From Hormiphora californensis (taxonomy: Eukaryota > Animalia > Ctenophora): a DNA stretch of 64,000 nucleotides. Position numbers and translations under genes: made by a program. Shown one piece after another: positions 23,401 to 35,000 of the stretch (position 1 is its first letter; every line of letters starts with the position of its first letter). Location of the stretch: assembly GCA_020137815.1 (NCBI GenBank), contig CM035361.1:1116001-1180000 (forward strand), in the 5' to 3' direction. Below the pieces are notes generated by a model. That model searched no databases. It was not told where the DNA came from and worked only from the letters and a program-made list of their open reading frames with translations.

Positions 23401-26400
23401 TTGGTTTGTTTGTTCGTTCAATGTCGATAGAAAAACAAACTGGCAGGAAGCGACCGAATATTCGGTTCGGTTCGGTTCGGTTCGGAAATTCGGTGTTTTT
23501 TGGGCGGTTCGGTTCGGTTCGGTTCGGTAGGAAATTTTGGCCGAACCACCGAATTTTTTGGTCAAAAAATGCCCAGAAATCGGGCTTTTTCGTGCAAAAT
23601 TTTTCAATTATTTCACGAAAATTGTATGGATTTCAATGTCAATTTCGCCGTATTAAGGGTACACCTGGCGTTTTTCATCATCGAGTGCCCAACCAAATGA
23701 CTTCACCAGGGTTTAGGTCATACAAAATGGACCTCAAATATGCAATTTTAGCCCTAAAGTCGAATTCATATTTTTGCTACAGCCTATTTTCAAAGTGGCG
23801 TTTTTTCAATTTTTGTTGGAATTTTTAACCTCAGGACCACTTTTTTTGAGATAGAAACATTAAATTCTTGGAATTTGAAGAGAATATAAAGGTGAATAAG
23901 CCCAAAGAAGGATTTTTGAAATGGAGCTTATTTCTGGCCATGAGAAGGGTTTACTTTTTTGCTTCTTTGACACGCTGGCTGAGAATTTTCCCATGCTTCA
24001 TTAGAGATGAAAATCTGGAAATAGTTGCTCAAAACGATTATCTATGTGGCCCAAAAATTTTGGAACTTTCCCGCCAAAGATGTGGTGTACAGAGCTTGTT
24101 TTGTGAAACCCGTCTTTTTGAAAAAGAGAGGAATTCCCTGTATCTCCAAAACGGATGATCGTAGAGACCTGGGACCAAACTTAATCGATTCAGAAGGTCC
24201 GATTTTGGGGGGGTCTTCTGAGAGACATTTTGCTCCTACTCCAACCGTTTTTGCTGTAATTGCAAAAAACCAATTCTATGAAAAGGGGGAACAACTCTAT
24301 TCCAGTAGCCTGCTTCGGGCTGATTTCCCCCTTACTTGCTGATACCTTTTTCGCAATTACAGCAAAAACGGTTGGAGTAGGAGCAAAATGTCTCTCAGAA
24401 GACCCCCCCAAAATCGGACCTTCTGAATCGATTAAGCTTGGTCCCAGGTCTCTACGATCATCCGTTTTGGAGATACAGGGAATTCCTCTCTTTTTCAAAA
24501 AGACGGGTTTCACAAAACAAGCTCTGTACACCACATCTTTGGCGGGAAAGTTCCAAAATTTTTGGGCCACATAGATAATCGTTTTGAGCAACTATTTCCA
24601 GATTTTCATCTCTAATGAAGCATGGGAACATTCTCAGCCAGCGTGTCAAAGAAGCAAAAAAGTAAACCCTTCTCATGGCCAGAAATAAGCTCCATTTCAA
24701 AAATCCTTCTTTGGGCTTATTCACCTTTATATTCTCTTCAAATTTCAAGAATTTAATGTTTCTATCTCAAAAAAAGTGGTCCTGAGGTTAAAAATTCCAA
24801 CAAAAATTGAAAAAACGCCACTTTGAAAATAGGCTGTAGCAAAAATATGAATTCGACTTTAGGGCTAAAATTGCATATTTGAGGTCCATTTTGTATGACC
24901 TAAACCCTGGTGAAGTCATTTGGTTGGGCACTCGATGATGAAAAACGCCAGGTGTACCCTTAACCCTATTTCGAATCGGTGGTGCTATGTGGAAATGATT
25001 TCGCTAGTTAGCGGGTTCGATATGGATTGATTTGATACCTGACTTCCCGTCGAATCGTGTCCTCATGAGAGGGTCAACAAATTCAGAAACTTTTTTTTCA
25101 AAAAATTCATGGAGAGCACCGATCAAGGTGTTAAGAATCATTCTCTGAAATTTTGTAAAAAAGTTTGGAAAATATTTCAAAGTCAATATTTTACAGTTTT
25201 TTCACAAAATTAAATGTTTCTCTAAAAATTCATGGAGAGCATCGATCAAGGTATTGAGAATCATTGCCTGAAATTTTGTGAAATTTTTTTGTGAAAAATA
25301 TTTTAAGTAAATTATGGTATACGAATCGTGTTTCTAATCGACAATCCTAAACGGGAGTGATGTTGGTAATTAGTGGGTCCAAGATGGATTGTGCTGATAC
25401 GTGATCCCCCATCAAATCTAATTAGGAAATTTAGATAGACACGATTCATGGTTCGTTTAATCCTGCTAATTAGCAATACCATTCCCGTATAGCATTGCCT
25501 ATTCGAAACACGATTCGTACGCAAAAATTGACATAGAAAATTTACGATAAAATTGACTCTGAAAATTTTTTCACAAAATTGACTTTGAAATTTTTTCAAA
25601 CATTTTTTAACAAAATTTCAGGGAATGATTCTCAATACCTTGATCGGTGCTCTCCATGACTTTTTAGAGAAACATTTATACAGAAAAAGTTTTGGCAGGT
25701 CGGTAGAACTTCGACAGAATTTAGGGTAGGTCTGAATTTAGGGTAGGTCTGAATTTAGGGTAGGTCTGAATTTAGGGTAGGTCTGAATTTAGGGTAGGTC
25801 TGAATTTAGGGTAGGTCTGAATTTAGGGTAGGTCTGAAGGGTAGGTCCGTAACGTATCGTTTATTAAAGCATTGCAATTCGACATTAGGTTCTGATTAGG
25901 TCGCTGAACCGCGTCCCGTATCTCGTATCAACTCATTTCAATTCGATCTTAGTCACCGATTAGGTCGCTGAACCACGTCCCGTATCTCGTATCAACTCAT
26001 TGAAATTCGAGGTTAGACACAAGTTAGGTCCCTGAACCAGGTCCCGTATCTCGTATCAACTCATTTCAATTCGATCTTAGTCACCGATTAGGTCGCTGAA
26101 CCGCGTCCCGTATCTCGTATCAACTCATTGCAATTCCATCTTAGTCACCGAGACTAAGTACTACTTAAAGTAGGTGAACTGAGTTAGGTCGGTATACTGT
26201 GTTCCGTATTGCATCAAATGAAATTATTAGTTTATGCACGTAGACTTTAAGAGTTCCATCCTGAGTTGAAACCTGTTTAAGAAAAAAAAACAATTCGTTT
26301 GCCATCTCATTTGTGTCTAACCTCGAATTCCAATGAGTTGATACGAGATATGGGACGCGGTTCAGTGACCTAATCGGTGACAAAGATCGAATTGAAATGA

Positions 26401-29044
26401 GCCCCCATAAAAAAGTCGCTTGGCAAATTCCCTCGTCGCTCGGCAATTGGTTCGGCAACAACAGGTGGTTTGCCGAGCCAGTCGCTCGGCTAATCAAGGA
26501 AGTCGCCGTGTTTTCACCGCGTTCTTACAGAAAAAGTACATTTTTTCAGCACTTTTTTTCAAAATCTCCTGCTGAAAAATACAAAGTGCTGAAAAAATGT
26601 GCTTTTTCTGTAAGAACGCGGTGAAATCACGGAGACTTCCTTGATTAGCCGAGCGACTGGCTCGGCAAACCACCTGTTGTTGCCGAACCAATTGCCGAGC
26701 GACGAGGGAATTTGCCAAGCGACTTTTTTATGGGGGAGTTGATACGAGATACGGGACGCAGTTCAGGGACCTAATCGGTGACTAAGATCGAATTGAAATG
26801 AGTTGATACGAGATACGGGACGCGGTTCAGCGACCTAATCAGAACCTAATGTCGAATTGCAATGCTTTGATAAACGATACGTTACGGACCTACCCTAAAT
26901 TCAGACCTACCCTAAATTCACCTACCCTAAATTCAGACCTACCCTAAATTCAGACCTACCCTAAATTCAGACCTACCCTAAATTCAGACCTACCCTAAAT
27001 TCAGACCTACCCTAAATTCAGACCTACCCTAAATTCTGTCGAAGTTCTACCGACCTGCCAAAGTTTTGTATGGTTCGGTTCGGTTCGGTTCGGTTCGGTA
27101 AAAAAGTTTTTCAAATTCGGTTCGGTTCGGTTCGATGGAAAAAAACCCGGTTCGGTCGTTTCCTGCAAACTGGAATTTTCATTTTGGTTAATGTTTGTCA
27201 CTTCATTCCACTGATTTGGTTAATGTTCGTCAAAATTCATTTCTCACCCATTTCAGTTCCTTCATCACTTCTCCCTTATTAAACTTCTTGGGAGAATGGA
27301 GTCGTTGTGGTTCAACCTCTCTCAATTGGACACAGCACTCCTCCCTGTCTCGACACAGATCTCGCAGCTTGCCCTCAGCTTGCCGGAGCTGCCGTTTTAG
27401 GGAATAAGTTTCCTGTATAAAGAGGGGAAGGAATTAGAAAGTAGGAAAAAATGTCAAACGCTGGAACAATTGGAAGAATCAGCTTCCGTCGTTAGTGAGA
27501 GCAAGTTCACTAACTAATTATTTAACTAATCAAAGTAACTAACTAATTAATCAATTAACTAATCAAAGTGACTAATTAACTAACTAACCCGAGATAAAGA
27601 CACCATAGAAGTGCCAGCACCGTGATGAGTGGTCCTCATTTTACCCTCTAAAACTGTTATCTTCTTCTTCAAGTCCTCCATCTCCTAATGGGGGAATGGG
27701 GTCGTGAGAGAGGATCGAGCAAGGAGGAATGGGGTTGTGAGAGAGGGTCGAGCAAGAAGGAATGGGGCTGTGAAAATGTGAGATCTAAATCATCAACAAC
27801 CAGTATCTAAAAGAGCTAGGCTTCAGGCTAGTAACAAGCTACTACGTATATAATGGGGCGGACAATTGAGACCCTGGCTTCGTTCCATCCACAATTCAAA
27901 GAGCCAATAAGATTACTAGCTTCTAGTACGTACCTCTTCTGTTGACACAATCTCTTTGTCTTTTTTCTCCACCATGTCCCTCAGTGACCCCTCATCTAGG
28001 CTGTACACGGAGCTTATCACGTTCTTACACCTCGTACAAACGAACCTAAATGGAGGGTGCAGGTTTGGTTAGTAGGGGGGAGATGGCATTTGGGGACCAT
28101 CTCTCAGGGTCCCTCGCTCGGTTGAAAATGATTTCTGATGTCGAGTGACTAATGACTATATCAGCGGGTTAAACAAGGGGTGCATCCCGTATTCCTTACT
28201 TTCCGTCTGGATTTTGTCGGGTGAGTGACAGTTGGTTGTGGGCACGTGTTAGTTCCTCATTCATATCCTCCAACTGTCGCTGTAGTTCCGTTACCTAGGT
28301 GGGTTAGGGAGTGAGAGGGAGGGATAGAGAAGAGAGAGGAGAGAAAAGGGGGAGCTGTAGTTCTATTACCTAGGTGGGTTAGGGAGAAACATAAGGGAGG
28401 GAGAAGGGGGAGGGAGAGAGGAGAGAGAGGAGAGGGATTGGGAGATATAGAAGGGGGATATGGATAGTGAGAAATAGAAGGGAGAAATAAGCGCTAACAC
28501 CGCTAATCTAACTACACAAAAAATACTACTAAATCGTGGGACCTACCTTGGATGAGTCCCTCTCAGGGGTAGTATGGTTTGAAGAAGTCATGGGTGGGGG
28601 TGGTGGGGTTAGAGATAGATCCTCCTCCTGACAAGTCTCAATCTCCTTTAATATACCTGACAGCGTTTTGTTTTCCCTGTAAAAGAGATGGATAATTAGA
28701 TCAGGGGGGATTTAGTTAGGTTACTTAGGCGAACGCTGAGCAATACTGGGGGCGGTATTAGCGGTATTGTTCAGGTATGGATAACTATGGTGCTAGGCTC
28801 TCCCTTTCTCGATGTCGAAGGAATGGGAAGCCGGCCAGGACCTCATAAAGTCTGCCGTAGTGGACATGGTTGTCACACTTCCACACCTATTTTAGGTAAC
28901 TTTTTGTCTAGAGAGTCTTGAGTTTGTTTTACCTTTGTGGCATAAAATATCTTTTATACACCTTCGAAGATATTATACAATATTCAGTGATATAATTTAT
29001 AACCCGTGGATCAACAGCTGTGCTCGATTATCTGTGACATCCTA

Positions 29045-29099
<55 letters not shown>

Positions 29100-32000
29100 C
29101 CTCTCTATCTATCTCTCTCTTCCCCTCTATATCTATCTCTCACTCTGCCTTGCTTGTAATTGTTGTGGACATGTGCACTTTAACTACCCTAGAGCAAGTG
29201 AAATTTCTCCTTGGTGTCTTTATAGTCTCTCATATTGGATAACATGGCAGTTTTTGTTGATACGTTCACCAGGGGCTGCAAAGATATCAAAAGGACATTC
29301 CCATCCTATGTGGACCCTCTCTTCCTTACTCTGGTCGTCCTCCTGTCCCTGCCTGGCATTCTCCTCAACCCAATTGTAATGAAGTCCCGGATTTCCCGGA
29401 TCTCCAACTCTATTCCGGCTCTACTGACAACCTGTCTTTGTGGGGTGTACCTTGTCCTCGGTGTGTTCATTTCTACCAACTGGACCTATTCCATTGTTAA
29501 AGACACCCCAAATCAGGACTTAGAATATCGTGATGCAACTGCGTTTGATAAAATCTACAACTTTTTCTACTACTCCGGGAATCTCTACTCTGCTGCCCTG
29601 CTGTATCTTATGGCGTTCTCTCTGTATCGAGCAGTCGCGGACCCGTTTGATGCTGTCCCTTACAAAGAGATCCTGAGGAAAGTTATTGGTTTTGGTATTG
29701 CAGCTGTAGTTATATGCATGCCTGCATTGGCCATTACTATTTATAATACAGATGCTGGTCTCATAATATATAAGTTTTCTCAGTTGGTCGCAGACTCAGA
29801 GTCAAAGAAAACTAACTATTCCGTTATAGTTAATATGTTTTCTCGTATCGTTTCTGATATATTGATGTTCTCTCTCCTTATATCCTCTCTGGAACACGCA
29901 TGGCGGACTATCAAGATGTTGCGTCAAGCAGACGATACACCCGCAGAGACAAGAGAGCAGCGGAGGAATAGTGCTAAGATGGTGTTAGTCCTGGTGGGAG
30001 GGCAGATCGTAAAAGTTATCCTGGATACTATTGGCACATTTTATCCCATAAGCCCATATGTTGCCGTAACGCAGTTTTGTCTATTCCAGTGTTTCCAGCC
30101 GAGCTACACTGCAGTTGCCCTTCTGGTTGTGGACAGAGATACGTTTCTAGAGGTGCGCAAGATGCTGGCTGGTTTTAAGATACCGAGCAGTCAGGTAAGG
30201 AGTGAATGTACTGGACACTGAAGTAGTGTTTTGAGATTAAAAGACTCATATCCAAGGTGAAACGCTGGTAGAAATGTAGAAACAATAGAATTGGTAGGCC
30301 TTATACAGGTAGTGGTGAAGACACTGAAGGTATTGTGAAATAACACCAGAGACAAATATTAGCTATCAATCTAGATGACTTTTTGATTTGTTGTTATATT
30401 ACAGCCGGACCCCGATTTACCGGAACCCCAATTTACCGGGAGGATCATTGATCAACTTCCCTCGGTATAGGAAATTAACATGCAATATCCCCCCCTGATA
30501 TACCGAGCAAAACCCTTTCCCCGAGCTGTGATATAGTTATCTGATCTCTTTACCTGAACATATCCTCGACTGTAGCCCGCACATCCTCCAACTGGTTCTC
30601 GAGAATCTTCACCTTCCTGTTTGCCACTGCAAGGTTCTTCTGTGCCGTATACAACTCCCTATGTGGTAGGGGGGATATTAACAAAGGCCGGGGAGGGGCT
30701 GGGAATGGGAAAAACAATTAGGAGTTATAGAGCAGAGAAATGATTATTAGAAAAATATAAGCACATGAACAGCTGGGACTGTACCTGTTATCAATGGGTG
30801 CTGCAGGGGTGTTCTTTAGACCATGAGACACCATAACCCTATCGGCTTCAGCTAGTTCCGCATGGAGGGATGACACCTCAACATCCAGCCTCTGGATATC
30901 CAGCTCTTTACTGGATAAGAGTGATTGTAATCTGTGTATCTCATCCGGGATGTGATCATTTAACTTCTTGATTATCTTATCCATGAAGGAGAGAGTGAGG
31001 TAACGGGCATCCTCCCGGAGCTGGTCTTTTTTAAGTGCTCTTTTTAACTTCTCGTTAGTCTCCTTCAGTTCCGTCACTTTCCCAGAGATCATTTGAAGGG
31101 AACAGCTTGCTTCTGATAGTCGGGTATTTTCAGCAGATAACTTTTTACAGCTACCCTCCACATTCTTCAACTCACTCTGCAGAGTCTCATTCTCCTCCTT
31201 GAGGAGTTTCAACTGCCGTTTAGTTTCGTTATCTGACGATTTGTTTCGTTTTAGACTTTGAACATTACCCTCTGCTTCCCTCAACTCAGTCTCTAATCGC
31301 TGGTTCTCCTCTGCAAGTCTCTCGTTCTGGGATATCACCTCTTTAATTGTCTCCCCCATCTCCCTCTTCTCCTCATTCCCTTGTCCTGCTCGGGTATCCA
31401 GCTCCTCTGCTACTTCCTCCATTTCGTTCTGTAGCTGCTCGTACTCTAATTGGACAACCGCCAACTTATTCTCCATCCCCTCAGACTTCTTCTTCAGGCT
31501 TGCTATGATGGTTTCCTTGTTGTTGTTACTCTCAGTAACTTCTGATAACTGGTCTGTCAGACTCCAGTTCTCTTCGGCGAGGGATGACATTTGGTTCTGG
31601 GCTGACTGGAGCTCACTTACTTTAGCGGTTATGTCCCGTTGGGCCTCCTCTAAACTTCGTTCAAGTTTACCAACTTCAGTGTTCAGTTCTCCAATCACTT
31701 GTTCATAATATTTTGTCTGTTCGGTTGAGGCCGTGTAATCTTGTTCACGTCGGTTTATTGTGTCTTCCAGGCTGTTTCGCTCTTTTTCCATTCGCTTCAA
31801 TGCCTGTTTCGCCTTACTCAGATCGTTCTTCAGAGTTTCTATGACGTGAGCTGTCTTTGGATCTGGTTCGGGTGACCGGACAGCGGGAGCAGGACGGAAT
31901 TCTGCCCTCCCCCGGAGTTTCACCACCTCCTTTTCAACCTTACTCGCCTTATTCTCCGCTCTCTCACACTGGTACTGCATATCATACAACTGATTCTTGA

Positions 32001-35000
32001 GCTCATTGTTCTCTGCATTCAGATTGACCACAAACTCCTCAGTACCATCCCTGTTACTCTGCATGATTCCAATCTTGTTCTCCAACTCCGACACCTTCAG
32101 TTCTTGTCTCACTCTCTCCACCTTGACCATCTCACTCTCACGACACTTGACGAGATTCAGTTCATTCTCCAACTTGTTCTTCTCATTCTGTAGGATCTCT
32201 ATCTCGTATAACATCTCAGTGAGACCCCGGTCAGGTTGGATCTGCTGTCTGAGTTCATCTAGCTCCTCTGAGATCTGATCCACAGGCTCATAGCCATGAA
32301 GCTTCTCAATCAGATGGGCGTTTAGTTCCACCAACTCGTAGTTGTCTCCCGTCTTCAGTTTGTTGGTTTTGTGAAGATTGTTAACCAAGTTCTCACAGTG
32401 GGCTAGTTTATCAGAGATACCGGAAACTTTTCCGTTTGAAGCATTCAACTCTGCCAACAGGACCTTGAGGTTGGTGTTTAGTTCCTCAATTTGAAGTTCA
32501 TTCTTCTCTTTGTCAGCATAGAGATGTCTGTTTTCCTCCAATAACAACTCGCCACACTGCCTCTCATGCTTCATTGCAGACACAGCATCCTGGAGCTTCC
32601 GTTCGCTCTTTGCAAGGCGAGCATTGGCTGAGGAGATCTGGTTAACAAAGGCACGGTGTTCCTCAGTCTTCATATCACCCACATCCCTCAACTCTTGTAA
32701 TTCACACTCAGATCTCTTCAACTCGTGGACTAGATGAGCTCTCTTGTTATCGGTTAACTCCAACTTCCTTCTCAGATCAGTTATCTCGTTTTGCAGAGCA
32801 GTGAATTCGAGTCTTTGGTGGGCGGTAGCTGATGTAAGTCGTTCGTGGTTGAGGTCTTTTAGGATGTTGACGAACCTCTTGGCATGGTCAATGTTGGAGT
32901 TCCGTTTGGACCCTGCCCCCATGGCAGTTGCAGAAATCTCCTCGATCTTTTTCAGCAGGTTGTTCCTGTCTTCCTCGATCTCCGTAAGAGACCTCGACCA
33001 GATATCCCTCTCGCTTTCACGTTCCTCTTGGAGGCGACCAATGTCATTATTCAGCGACTTGATATCCATTTCGTACTGACAAAGCTGGTTTTTCAGATCT
33101 TCGATCTCCCCATTCTTACTCCTCCACATGTCCTCAACCGTGTCTGCATTTTGTTGGACTGTTGCTAGTTTGTCCTTCAGCCCGAGGATCTCCTCTCGGT
33201 ACTTTACAGCCTCGAGGCCCTTGCTCATACACTGTTCTTCTAAATTTGAAATAGAGTTCTCTAGTTTGTTATGTACTGCCAAGAGACACGCATACTCCTC
33301 GATCCTTCTAGCTAGTTCTGACTTGATTCTATCAAATTGTGACTTTTCTTGCTTCCTCTGCTTCTGGAGATGCTTCTTTTGCTCATCAGCAGTTTTCAAC
33401 TCTTCTGCCATTTTCTGCAGTTCATCCTGGAGATCATTGTACTCTTCATCAGTATAGAACTGGTAGTTGGAGTGGTCAGATTTAACTGACGGGGTACTCT
33501 CATCTGCTTTTACCTTATCTATCTCCTTCCTCAGTTGAGCCACTAACTTCACCATCCTATCTCTGTCCTTCTCTTTCTCTTCCAACAACTGGTTCAGAGC
33601 TTCCAGTTCACAGAGAGTGGCTTTGAAGTCCACCTTCAGTTCAATTCTCTTACCCTCGGACTCCTGCAGCCGGCTTCCTAACTTTTGAACCTTCTCCAAC
33701 AAATCTGCATTATTCATGGTTTTGGCAATTTCAGGATCAATTTCAAGCTCCAACAGCTCATTTCCAACTCTATCCACCTCGTGTTTTTTAACCAGAACAT
33801 TCTTCAACGCATCCACCTGGGCTTCCATTGCCTTGACCTTGGCAGCCGCATCCCTCACATACTTCTCCTTGCCCTTGACCTCGTCATCTAACTTTCTCTG
33901 TTTAGCTAACGACTTTTCAGCAACATCATTCCGTGCAACTTCAGCCTCCCGCATTCTTTTAATCGCTAGCTCAGCGTTGTCGTTTGACTTTTGAACGGTG
34001 CTGTTGAGGGAGTGAAGATCACTTTCGAGGTTCTTGATTCTCTTTGCTCGGTCCTCCAGAATGTCCTTCAGTTCAAATATCTCTTGTTTGAAGGCTTTGT
34101 ATGTTCGAGATCCATCATTCATATCCTGTTCTAACAACCGGACCTTGTTCTCCAATCTCTCAACCATCATCCCCTTATCCTCCAGGTCTCGGGTGGTATC
34201 TGTTTTGACCTTATTTGAGTCCCTCAAATTGCTCTTTAGCTGGAGAATCTCTTCATCCCTCTGGGAGACTTGGTGTTGGAATCGGTTCTGTAAATCTTGA
34301 TACGTCTTGGCAGATTCCCCGATTGTTTTCTCAATCTCGGCCTTAACATCTCCTCTCTCACTTCTCCCCTCTCCCAGCATCCCCTTCTTTGCCTTGATCT
34401 TCTCAAACAGATCACTCACCACCTTCTCCTTCTCTTCAATTGAACTGATGAGTTTCTTGTTGAGTTCCTCCTGATCTTGTTTTGCTTCATTCTTGCTCTG
34501 CTGGATATTCTCCTCGATCTCACGTTGTCTCTGTTTATCAGCCTCCAGTTGCTGTTGTAGGTTCTTCAGTTGTTCATCCAAATCACCCTCCTTCATGGAT
34601 GACTCACGGGACCGAATGGACTGTTTACGAAGACTTGTAAGCTCTGTTTGGGCCTTTTTCAGATCTTTCTCCAGAATGGTACATTTCTTTTTGTATCCAT
34701 CAAGTCTGGTAGCCTTCTCTTTCCAGTAGTTGATATCATGAGACTCTGGATCATCGTTGACAACTGAAGGGGCAGGTGAGGGGCTCATCTTCCTCATCTC
34801 ATCTAACTTCTCCTTTAGTTCCTGAATTTCCATATCCTTTAGTTCGATCTGTTCATTCAGTTCAGCCAACCTACTGTCAAGATTACCAACTGGTGTTGAT
34901 TTATCGGTGATCTCAGAGACTGCAGAGAGGGTATCTGTGGAGCTGTGTTTCTCACTAGGCTCATATAGTGTTCCAGGCATCTCAATCTCTTCTGAGTGTG

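Larger units (their letters stand above)
23444..27165. mobile_element. Non-autonomous hAT-type element with (TTCGG)n subterminal repeats, hosting nested insertions
   Basis: TIR caggaagcgaccgaa/ttcggtcgtttcctg and a perfect 8-bp TSD caaactgg (23436-23443, 27166-27173). Confidence 0.9.

Noticed and set aside
23868-24748. Paired near-identical ORFs on opposite strands (also 38499/39451 and 53241/53289)
   Set aside because: By-products of palindromic arms; no transposase or other protein motifs.
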